From Macrostomum lignano (lineage: Eukaryota): 64,000 nucleotides of DNA. The DNA lies in assembly GCA_002269645.1 (NCBI GenBank), contig NIVC01003885.1, positions 1 to 64,000 on the forward strand, read 5' to 3'. The notes beneath the pieces were generated by a model. The model was not told where the DNA came from. It did no database searches and saw nothing but the letters and a program-made list of their open reading frames with translations. Both the position numbers and the translations under genes were made by a program. Below, piece after piece: positions 24,401-37,100 of the stretch. Each line of letters opens with the position of its first letter. Position 1 is the stretch's first letter.

Positions 24401-27400
24401 TTTTTATTGCTGCTGCTCCTGCTGCAGCTGCAGGGTTGTTGGAAGAAAAGCGAACCCGCTGCTCGACCCTGGGCAGGAGGCGTCCGGATTGCGTGCGAGC
24501 GAAACGCCGATCTGGTGGCGGGTGCGGAGTCGGCTGCGGCGGCGCAGAGGACAGTTTCCTTTCATCTGTGCTGCTAATCGAGACTATTTGAGAATCGAAG
24601 TTATCGTTAATGGAACCCTCCACCGATAGGTTAGAGCTGTTATTTTTTTCTGTGAGGTTGTTAAGCTCAACAGCCGGAACCGCCACCACGGAGTTCACTT
24701 CAAACTGGTTGACGTCTCGGTCCGAATCGGATGATTCAACCTCTTCATCCTCATCCTCCTCTTCCTCTTGAGTTTCTTGGTCGCTGTCACTCACTTTAAC
24801 AAAGTCGAAACGAAGCAGAGGTCGACTGAGCCGTTGTTGCCGGACCATGTCAGCAAATTCACGACCCGTTTGAGAATTGACATCAACACCTTCGAGGTCT
24901 GTTGGCTCTCGTGAGCGGGCTGGAATTCTGGGCAGGCTGAACTGCACCGACTTTCTCGTGGCTGCTGCAGCCGCGGCCATCGCGTCTTGAAAGTCAACGA
25001 ACTGCGGTGGACTGTTCGTACAAGTAAGCGAATTGTCGGTCACTGGCTTCTGATTCTGCTGACTCTGCTGACTATCAAATGTCGACTGCTTTCGGTTGAA
25101 CATGTAATCCTCGTTGTCCGTAGAGCTAGTCCATTGCTTTGATCCTAACTGTAAGTTAGTTTAAGTTATTGCTACTGTACAGCAATTGGACTGTAACAGA
25201 AATTTTTGGAAACTTTTGTAAAATTTTGTTTGAAATTTAAATGCCAAAGGTTTTTTAAATCATGGGAAAAGGTTAACGATTCAGACAAAAAGCAAGTGAC
25301 GGTAATTTAACTCGCACTTTGTTGGTTTGAAGTGTTACAAAACGTGTGCTTTGGGTTAGACCTAGGCTTTGTTTAGCTGAGGCTGAAAGCAATCGCGCGT
25401 GGATCATGACGGATACAATTTCTGAAGTGTTTTTTCTGATTCCTCTGATTTGGCTGAGCAACAGAAGAGGATACCTCTTTTACAGCATCCGGTCGGCTAT
25501 CGAATGTGGTTTCCGGTGTTTCGTCCTGTATTTCCGACTTTTAATAAATGGCAAAACAGAAAAATAGTTATGACACAAATAATAGCTGTTGTGTGAGAAC
25601 TTTTTGAAATCCAATAGCCTGGACTGGATCAATTGGTTAGGCAATTATTTACTTCGAATAGATAATAAATCCGCTTTACTGAAAATATCACTCGATAACG
25701 TGTGTATAAAAGTTGTTTTTTTATGTATGAACATGAAAATCGTGTTAAATTTTTTGAAAATATTTGTTACCCATGACCACAGATCAGACGCCTTTTGCAG
25801 CAGAGTTGCAATTTAAACAAATTTGTGAGTTTTGTTAGCATGGCAACATTCGCTTTCGTTCAATGTAAATCCTTTCATTTATACGCTCGTAGTTCGTGAT
25901 TATCAAGCAAAATAGGAAGCTTAAAGAACTACAGTAAAATTTTGGAGAATCAACTCCAACTAGACCAGCTAATGCGCTTCTGGAGCTAGTACACATGCAT
26001 ATATGCTTGAGATGCATATTACCCCCTCACGTAACTTCAGCAATTAGAGACTATAAAGACTAATGTTTAGAAAGTCAATTCATAAATTTACACCCCAACA
26101 AATCACTAATTGTACGAGAGAGGTTGGAGCCAAGTGTATACACTTAAGTAAGTTTCTAACATACGTACTTTCTATTTATGAGTAACTCTGTACCCCTAAA
26201 CCTTAGACAAATTAATTTTTAATGAGCAAAGGTAATGCAATCTGAATCCCGCGACTATTAAACCATAGAAAGATCTGATCAGTTGTACAGTACAGCTGCT
26301 TAAGAATTAAATAATTAATTATTCTTTACAATGCAATCTGTCGAGACAAATGTTGTCATGGAAATAAATTTACTAAAAATTTATAATTCGGCGTTTAACT
26401 ACTATAGCTACAGCGAAAATTTAAACAAAGTTAGCGGTTTGACTCTAAGCAAACAGCAATTTTTAATAGCTAAATTTATACTGCCAGAATCAAGCAGGCT
26501 CTCATTTCATTCTTCCAAACCTGAATACTTAATTAATAAAATACCGGTATTAAGCTGCATTATTGTATTATATCAATTAGGCGCAATCAGTTAACAATAT
26601 CTAAGTTAGCCACGTCAATTCATTTTTTACCTCTTCCTCTAGCGGAACCAAAGTCTTTTTCTGTAGAATGTTTTGTTAAATTTTTATGTGAATAGTTAAA
26701 TATTTAAAAAAAATTGAATCTTACGAACGTGAATTAAAAATGATTAATTACATAACGAGTGCATCTAGATTGCCAAAACAGATAGAAAATTCATCCATAA
26801 ATATAAAGAAGTGTCACAGCACGTAAGTCGTATAGAACGTTTATTATTTATATTACTAGTTTGGAATATTAACCTATACCTTTTCGAATATATTGCAGCC
26901 ATTAAACTTTCACTCAAATTTGCAAGCATCGAAATCGAAATTGAATTTAAATTTGTATCTGAATTCATCGAATTTAAAGTATTCGAAAAGCATCACGAAA
27001 TTGATAGTTTATTTGTTTTCTAAATGACAAAACACTGTTGGAACCCTAAATAAATGGCAAATTAAATGTCTGAATATTTTTGCACCAATCACCATGCCTT
27101 AGTACTCGTATAAATCAAATTAGTTTGACATATAAAGTTTTAGAATCGTTATCAAAGTGCAGATTCGCCGTTACACCATTAGCTAGACCGAGCACAGAGT
27201 AAGTATACATTTAGCACTTATTGATCAAGAGTGATTGATTTATTGATTATTAGCTGATGTGCTTCGCCAGAATATAGCGTGCTTTTATACCTACCTCTGA
27301 TTTAAAAGAAAACAATTCAGATCGCCGTTCGTCTAAAGGTAACGCTAAAGGGAACGGGATCGGAGAACATTGACAACTTACTGACAAAAGCAGAAAATCA

Positions 27401-28151
27401 AACAGCGAATTATATGGCCGGAACGGATTTGCAAGCAAAAAATCAAAATTTCTAAAGCAAAACAAATGCGAGCATGCGCTTATAGCTTCATTGTTTCTAT
27501 TTGTTTTAAAAACAAAAGTCGCACAAATAAACAAAAATTATTTCGGCAGTGAAAAAAATATTGAAAATTTTACCTTCCGTTGCGACACTGGAGTGACACT
27601 AATTTCGCTGCTGTAGCTTAGCAACGCTTGTCTGGCACTCGCCTTTCAGGTGATTTTTTTAGAAAATAATTTTGTTCAGCAAAAAGTATCGAATTATTAA
27701 CTTTAATCACATTTAAACCTAAAAACGGTTAATGGCCAGTTAATATGTGCGAAAGGTTTTGTTTTTCAATTTGGTGCTGCCTGCCGAAAGCCTAGGAAAT
27801 TAATTTTTTGTTTTAATATGGTGCTTTCGCTTCAAATCCAATCTAATAACGTACGAGTATTTAATATGAAATTACCTGTCCTTGACTTTTAAACCATAGA
27901 AATGCGAACTATTTTGTTTTATTGGATACGATGGGAAAAGTTAATGAATTGTTTTTTTACATTTAAAAAAAACTTTCCACATCGACACGTATTATACTGT
28001 ATATGCATCTGTTACCAAAAGTTGCACCCACCCACAACAGGAGTTCTCCTCAACTTGTCTCACCGCTTTTAATGCAAGAGTGGAAGAAATGAGAGGGGTG
28101 TAGAGATGGCGATAGGGATGGAGAATGGAGGTAAAAAAAAGGCGGAGAAGG

Positions 28152-28191
<40 letters not shown>

Positions 28192-31100
28192 GAAAGCAGC
28201 AAGAGAAGGAAGAACAGACAAGCGAGTCAGAAACAGGAGACTATAAAGACTGAGATTAAAGAAGCTATGCAAGTTGAGATTAAATAAAATTTATGAAAAA
28301 GATAATAGATAACACAAAAATTTATTTGTCGACAGTAGGAAAAAACTTTTTTTACATTAAAAATTAGCTCACCTTCCGCCCAGACTCCTCCATCTCTTTG
28401 AGTCGTTTGCGCGCCGCCTTCAGCGCCTTCTTCCTCTCCAGCTCGGTGACGCGGCGTCTCTCGGCGGCGGCTTTCCTTCGCTCCGCCTTCTCCTCGTCCG
28501 TCAGGAAGTCCCAGCTGCGGCGCCGTTGCAGCTGCAGCTGCGCCTGGGATCTGAGAGGAGGATAAACAGGATGAGGGAATTCTGAAGTAGCGGTGTCATT
28601 TGTCTCAGTCCGTCTTATTTGTCATGATACAGTTCTGCATAAGCATAGGTGGTGAAATATACTTTTCGCGCTTGGATTCTTAATAGGCTCTTGCGCATAG
28701 CGTGTATGGACAGTTTTGATTATGCATCTTCATTGAATTTCTTCCCAATCTCATTTTTTCCTCCCTGTCTCTCTCACACTCTCTACCTCTCTTCCTGTCT
28801 GCCCTTCTCTCCCTCTCTCCATCTCCCCCTCTCTCCCCCTCTCTCCCTCTCCCCTTCTCTCCCTCTCTCCCCCTCTCCCCTTCTCTCCCTCTCTCCCCCT
28901 CTTCCCTTCTCTCCCTCTCTCCCCTCTTCCCTTCTCTCCCTCTCTCCCCCTCTCCCCTTCTCTCCCTCTCTCCCCCTCTCCCCTTCTCTCCCTCTCTCCC
29001 CCTCTCCCCTTCTACCTCCCCTCCCTCTCCCCCTCTCTCTCTTCCTCTCTACCTCTCCCCTTCTCTTACTCTCTCCCCTTCTCCTCCTCTCCCGCGCTGC
29101 CCCTCTCTCCCTTCCCCCCTCTCTCCCTCTCTACCTCTCCCCCTCTTTCCCACTCTCCCTGACTACCTCTCCCCTTTCTATGTTGTCCCTCTATCCCTCT
29201 CTCCTTCACTCCCTTTCTCCCTCTCCCCCCTCTGTCTCCCTCTCTCTCCCTCTCTATTTCTCCCCCTCTTTCCTTTGCTTCCTGACTTTACCGAGTCAAC
29301 TGAATGAGTTGACAGAGTTTGAGATTCTCAACCTCTCTCCGTCTCTTCACCTTCAATTATTCTTTATTGATTCCTTACGAAAACTTATTATCTTTAATTG
29401 ATAGATTTTCCTTGCAAATTTCATTTCAAAGTAAACAATGACTTTCTCAAGAACTATATGTATTTTCGAAATTGATAGCAGCGTTTAAATGCTAAAGAAT
29501 GTAGTGTACTAGTAGTACAAGCATAGGATAATAAATCTGTTCCTAAATCTGCAAGTACAACGTGTACTTTAAAAGTTAATATTTGACTAACGAGCGTAGA
29601 TACTACGAATATAAACTATGCATATTCAATTGACAGTTTATATATTATTTGAGCATAATTACAAAAAAATAAAACATTGGACAAGTTCGAGCTACTTAAT
29701 AAAACCGTTACATGTAGCTCGTACGTGATGAAACTTTTTTTCAAAAACTGTGAACTGTGTGTGCTCACGACGAGGGAACTTGAGTGTGCAATGGTTGATT
29801 TAAAAACGCTGGACTTCAATAAAAAAGCAATTAAGGTTCGATGAAAAGATTTAACTTCTGAGAAAAATGTTACCTGACAACTGGATCGATAAAAATTGAA
29901 CGGTATCTGTCTTCTAACTACCATTTGCCGCTCAAAAATGTATAACTATGGCTATATACCAGGCCTCAGCCAATCAGAAGACACCGCTGTATTGTCTATA
30001 TATTAGGCCTCAGCCAATAAGAAGACACCGCTGTATTGTCTATATACTAGGCCTCAGCCAATAAGAAGACACCGCTGTATTGTCTAGATACTAGGCCTCA
30101 GCCAATCAGAAGACACCGCTGTATTATCTAGATACTAGGCCTCAGCCAATCATAAGACACCCGCTGTATTGTCTATATAATAAGTCTCAGCCAATCAGAA
30201 GACACCACTGCATCGTCTATACAGCCTTAGCCAATCAGAAAACATCTATGTCTTTGCTAATAAATGACTCAAATCCTTTGTAACTGCATTAAAAAGCTGT
30301 AAAATGATTTTCTTTGAACTAAAAGAATTAAAAAAGAGATGGAAACAAAAGATCTATTTAAAAAAGCCCCTGTCTCCTAGTTGCACAACAAATACCCTTT
30401 CAGGCTCTGATTATCAAACGGATCGCCGGCACTGGTGCCGACTTCGGAAAAGTTCAGAGCGGCACTCTGTCGCGAATATCGACGAGAGGATTGACGTCGA
30501 GTGGCGACGTCAGCGTCTAGCGCTGAGCCAGGAGACATTCGCGGGTCCAGACTTTGGAGTCGGCGGCTGGCTGAGCTGTGGCGATGCTGTCTGACTCGTT
30601 GATAGTTTTGGTGCGAGAAGCAAATGTTTTTTGTGATTAATAACGACGGCTCACAACCCGAATGAAGCAAAAAGTAAGGTAAGGCAAGTACACTCTCTGA
30701 ACAGCGTCACAGTCACTGTACATGTAGTTTAAAACAAATAAATAAAAAAACTGGTAAATCGAACGTGTCTGCGATTATTCGGACGAAGTATTATTGACTT
30801 TCATCGCATGTTGCTTTGCAATAAAACACAGAATTATAACAAAAAAATGGTTTAAACAACAAAGCTGAAAAACAGGTTACAGCATTCATGCAAGTTTAGA
30901 ACTGTGTCTTTGGTGCTATCTAAATTGAATGACGCAAGCGAAATACCTGTAACACTTATCCCGGCGGTGTGCAAGATACGCGTAGCCACTCGATTTATAA
31001 CAACACGTTAGATATACCTTCAAGGGTTTTTACTCGTAAAAAGTTACCCAGAGGTCGCTTTCCGGTAAACGGGATTCGCCATTGATCACATAGAGGGTTC

Positions 31101-34100
31101 GGTTAATTACTGGAAACAGAGTGGCGCTGCGCGCAGTCACAGGAAGGTGAATGCTCGGTACTCTGGGGGAATACTACATGTATCACGACGGCTTCTGACA
31201 GTGATTAACGGCTCCGAAAACTGTCGATTGTTAGAAAATATTTGTCGACACCTGCGTTGAAACAAAATGATCAGAGAGAGGCTGCTTCCATTGTTGAGTG
31301 CAACTGTTTTGGGTTACTTTGATAGCTTCAATACCTAAAGTGTCTTAGGATGGAAGTGTCTCTATAGGTATAAAATTACCTGTTGATTTCTCGTGGGAAA
31401 GTTGAAACGAAATTTAAAATTGCTACATATAGCCCAGATAACTTTAACGACTCAACACCTCAGGGTCGTTTCGGGCTCGTGAGAACCACCACCAGATGAT
31501 TCAAGTGTTAAAAATATGCTGCCTGTTATTGTAATCATACTTAAAGCAATTAGGCTTCTATAGAAATAGTTTTATAGGTGCAATTTATATCCGAGAATAC
31601 ATTTCTAAATTGAAGTTCATTTAGTCAAATTTCTCACCTTTCCGGTTGAATTCGTTTGACAATAATCTTTCCGTTTTCGATGTACACTTGAATTTCGTCT
31701 GACGTCTTTGGCGGGCTGTCGGAATCGCGATGCGACACCGATGATCTGGATGAGTCAATGTGGACATTAGCAATATTATTTTTTGTTTGTATTTTAACCA
31801 ATATGCTATTTTTTGTGTCTCTCCAACTGAAAAATTTTTTTCATTTTCGCGAATCCGCACTTTTGAGAATGTGTTGGACACCTATAAAACCTACGCATTA
31901 CAGAATCCACACATAAAGGACTCCGACCCTCGGTTCCATTAAAACTTTACAATAGCAATGCGGCCCTCTCAATGTCGTGTCTCTTCTCTCCTCTCTCCCC
32001 TCTCCACCGGTTCCCTCTCTTCTCTCTCCCCTCTCTCCCCTCTCTTTCCCCCTCTCTCTTCTCTCCTCTCTCCCTTCTCTCATCTCTCCTCTTTTTTCTC
32101 ATCTTGTCTTGCTTCTTATCTCTTCTATTTCCTCTCTTTTCCTCTCTCATCTAGCACATAGCCATAAGCTGGATTCTTCATCCGGCCCTTGAGGTAAAAA
32201 ACTTTGCCGACCCCGACTTAAGAGAATATGTGAAACACCTTACAGAATCTACACTTTATAGAATCTACACATTACAGAATCTACACATTACAGAATCTAC
32301 ACATTACAGAATCTACACATTACAGAATCTACACATTACAGAATCTACACATTACAGAATCTACACATTACAGAATCTACACATTACAGAATCTACACAT
32401 TACAAATCGTCTAAACTCACTCCAGGAAATTTTTCACATCCTCCTTCAAGAAGCGCAACCAGGTGTCGCCCATACGGACCACCACCGAGTCCTGAGCTTT
32501 GGCGAACACCTTCGCCGGGACTGTGTCCTTCGACCGGCGTAGCGCATCCAGGATCAGCTGATTCTCACGCTTGTCCACCTTGACCGGCTGCGCGGCGCTC
32601 ACGTTCAGGTAGCGATTGAAGATGTTCCACGCGTGCCCAAGGCGCAGGAAGCGATCTGCGGTGCGTTCGTCTCGTCTGGAATATTCCTCCACCTGATTGG
32701 AGAGGGGAGGTGAGGAGACGCTGCAACCAGGTATGCTCGTAACACTGTTAAACGGGTGAGAAATCTTTGCAAAAAGTGACTCGACAACCCAGGTCACAAT
32801 CCTTGTTATCCAGGGACAAAACTGTCAAACAGGTATAACCCCGCATCCAACAGGTAATACTCCGTATCCAACAGGTAACACTCCGTATCCAACAGGTAAC
32901 ACTCCGTATCCAGTAGGTCACATCCCGTATCCAACAGGTAACACTCCGTATCCAACAGGTAACACTCCGTATCCAGTAGGTCACATCCCGTATCCAACAG
33001 GTAACACTCCGTATCCAACAGGTAACATCCCGTATCCAACAGGTAACACAACTATATAACAGGTAATACCTGTTGCAACAGGCATTTTCATTCATCAACA
33101 CATGTAGCACCACCATTCAACTTGACACATCATCTAATTAATGAATTTAAGTGCAACAGGAAAGGACAAAATCCATTAAACAACAGTGCCCTCGACTTCA
33201 AAGGAGAATATCTACAGAAGCGCGACAAAATTGAACTAAAAAATCACCTCCTGGAAGAACATCAAGCAGGCAAGCAGCTCCGGATCCCGATGTCGCATCT
33301 CCAGGAAGCTTCGAAACGGTCCGCCAGCGATGCGGTCGACTGTCAGAGCGTCCCTCAGCCGAGCCTGGAACGGTCGCGACGCCGAGACGGGCTTAGCGGC
33401 CAGGGCCGGCTGCTGCAGCTGCGGACCGCCTTTAGCTGACCGAATCCGGTCGTCCAGCTGGCGACCTCCGGCGCGCACCCGATCCCAGGACTCGGTGATG
33501 GCCAGGTTGTGCGCCAGGTCCGGCCGCACCGGCATGGAGTTGACCAACGACAGCGACGGGAAGATGGTCGACATGGCCGAGGCACGACGAGTGGCGTCGT
33601 TTAGCCAGGCCTGCTGCAGGTCTGAGAATGTCTGGCCTGTCAGCTCGCGTTCCTTGTGGATTATGTATCTGCAGCGCGGGTTGGGGTGAAATGCGGGAAT
33701 GTTCTGCTTAAGTGTGGCCTTATTTGTATAGTGAATATTGATACCCAACGTCAAAGGTACTAACGAAACCCACGTCTAAGGCACTAAACTCATGTCTAAG
33801 GCACTAAACTCCTGTCTAAGGCACTAAACTCATGTCTAAGGCACTAAACTCCTGTCTAAGGCACTAAACTCCTGTCTAAGGCACTAAACTCCTGTCTAAG
33901 GCACTAAACTCCTGTCTAAGGCACTAAACTCATGTCTAAGGCACTAAACTCCTGTCTAAGGCACTAAACTCCTGTCTAAGGCACTAAACTCATGTCTAAG
34001 GCACTAAACTCCTGTCTAAGGCACTAAACTCTGTCTAAGGCACTAAACTCCTGTCTAAGGCACTAAACTCCTGTCTAAGGCACTAAACTCCATCTAAGGC

Positions 34101-37100
34101 ACTAATCTCCTGTCTAAGGCACTAAACTCCTGTCTAAGGCACTAAACTCTGTCTAAGGCACTAATCTCCTGTCTAAACATCCTAAACTCTTGTCTAAGGC
34201 ACTAAACTCATGTCTAAACATACTAAACTCCTGTCTAAACATACTAAACTCATGTCTAAGGTACTAAACTCATGTCTAAACATACTAAACTCCTGTCTAA
34301 GGCACTAAACTCATTTAAACTAAACATACTAAACTCTTGTCTAAGGCACTAAACTCATTTCTAAACATACTAAACTCTTGTCTAAGGCACTAAACTCCTG
34401 TCTAAGGCACTTCATTTCTAAACATACTAAACTCTTGTCTAAGGCACTAAACTCCTGTCTAAGGCACTAACCTCATTTCTAAACATACTAAACTCCTGTC
34501 TAAGGCACTAAACTCATGTCTAAGGCACTAAACTCCTGTCTAAGGCACTAAACTCATGTCTAAGGCACTAAACTCCTGTCTAAGGCACTAAACTCATGTC
34601 TAAGGCACTAAACTCATGTCTAAGGCACTAAAATCAAATTTCCAAGTCTCAAAATGCCTGTCTAGAACGCCACAGGTTAGCAGCCGATGTTGTACTGCAT
34701 CTTTCTACCTACCTGGGCAGCCAATACGATCGGAGCCGTCGCAGCACGTCATACTGCGTTCGCAGCAGAATCGAATTCGCCTTCTGGTGGTCGTTAGCGG
34801 CATTGCGCATCTGCGCTTTGGCCTCCTCGGTGAGTCGCAGCCGGTACTTGTCCTGCAGGTCGCGCAGAAGTCGGCCTCGGGTCTGCCTGTTATCAGCGTC
34901 GCTGCGTTCCAACGCCGTGTCTTTGTAGAACTCGCAGTCCAGCCAGAAGTCCACCAGATGCAAGCCGGCTGTTGGTCGCAGGAATTCGAAGAACTCCTGC
35001 ACGCCCTGCCTGTTGGCCAGCATCAGCTCTTTTAGGCGATCGAACGGCAGGTTCTGCCGAGCTTCCAGGCCTTTCAAGTCGAGGCTGTCTCCCGCACCGC
35101 CAGTCTCGCCGGCTCGGGTGCTGAAGGACACGACGGCAGGGGCCTCCTGTAGGTCGCGCAGCAGATCGAAATCGGTAGACATGGGTAGCATAGCGAATTC
35201 CTTGGATGAGACGGTTGAGAATTCATTTTTAAGATTTTTTTCTGAGTGACTGTGCTCAGCCGCAGCTATTGCGCGGAGCATCTGAAGGCTGCGTACGGTT
35301 ATTGAGTCCAAGGACTGGGGGTCGCCACCCACAACCCTCAATTACTCCAGCTAATGTTGCCACCCATTTTACAGTTGGGTGAACTGAGCAATGCAGAGTT
35401 AACTGTCTTGCTCAAGGACACAAATTGTTTCGACGTTCGACGTTCCAACCACTAGCGTTTAATCGTGTTATAGGCTTAAATATTGGTATCATAACACCAT
35501 TTTGACCAAACGGGTATCATTGCGAATTTTCTAGGTTTAGAACTATTTATTACATTTTTTGCTCCTTGATTCTGGATTTAAATAAAGCGTGTTCTTAGCG
35601 AAGACTACACTTTGAAACTTTTTTACTTTAATTTGCTGATTTATTTTTACGTAAAGCATTCCAAGCACTCTACATCTCTTTATCCAAGGACTACTAGAGA
35701 AGAAGGAAAGGGAAATATGTTTCTTGAAAATTTGTTGTCCTTGGATAAAGTATCCTTGGAGTAGTCTTTGTCTATATCATGCTAGCGAATGCAGTTAGTC
35801 TTTCGAGAGCGAAATATTCTTGTGACCGTCTGACTGACTGCAAACATGTTTCTCGACCAATGTGCAGCCAAAGAAACAAGTTCTAAGTCATTTTGGCCAT
35901 TCATAAATGATTTTCCTGACATTCTAATATATTTTTATATCTTTTACCCTGGCGCACTTTAAGCGACATTGCCGCGCAACCGGCGAAAGGCGCGTTACTG
36001 CCCATTCCGCCGACTCTCCTGAGTAGGCACACAATCGCGCCGACACGCACAGGCACACACTCACACAGGAGTGTACAGCGGCCCCTAGCTTTATTCATCG
36101 CGTTAGACAGGTACGCTTCGCTGTGCCTTGGGGGTTGGCCCTCAAGGCCGTTAATTGCACGAGCAGAGTCTAGCCGAGATTTCAAATTAATATGACTTGC
36201 ACTTTATATCGAGCTTAGGCCACACCAAAGCGAGGCGCTAAACCACAGGGCTACGACCCCCACACTTTGCTAGACTTGAAAGTTTGAAAATATTGTTAGC
36301 AAATAAATTTCACACCTGGTAGTTGTGCGGCGCCGAGTAGGTTCGGCCATCGCCAGCCTGCTGCGACGCCTTCAAGCGTCGATGCTGTTGGATCCGACTC
36401 GGCGTCGCGGTGGATGCATCGATCGCCAGGCCGCTGACGCTGGCGTCAACAGCGCCAGTGGTGCCTGACTCGTCCAGATCGCCGGTGGTGTCGATGTCGC
36501 GCGGTCGTCGACGTCTTCGCCGCCGAGCTCCGCTGCTGCCGGCCTTGCCGGTCAGGCGGTCCGGCAAACTCTTGGCGTGAGTTGGCGGCCGGTTGGACAT
36601 GCCGCTGGACGAAGTCAAGTCCGTGGTGTTGTACTCGCCGTCCTCGTCTTGACTGTCTTCGAATTCTTCATCTTCGTCATCGTCGTCGTCATCAACGTCA
36701 GCGGAGGAGCCGTCGTCAGCGTCCGTATCGGTCAGCGAGCCCATGGAGCCTGGGTGAGGATTTTGTTAACACGGACAAGATGAAATGATGCAGAGGAGCC
36801 ATCCTCAATGTTTTGTTATAGTGAGGTTTTAAACTTTCAAATTCGTGTACTGGAGTAGCCAGGGATCAACAGCACGGATCGTAGTGCTCCATGCGTCTTT
36901 ATGGCGCGCCAACACATAGTGGCGCCAGCAAAAATGGCGCCAGCACCCAGTGGCGCCAGCACCAAGGGGCGCCAGCACCAAGGGGCGCCAGCACCAAGGG
37001 GCGCCAGCACCAAGGGGCGCCAGCACCAAGGGGCGCCAGCACCAAGGGGCGCCAGCACCAAGGGGCGCCAGCACCAAGGGGCGCCAGCACCAAGGGGCGC

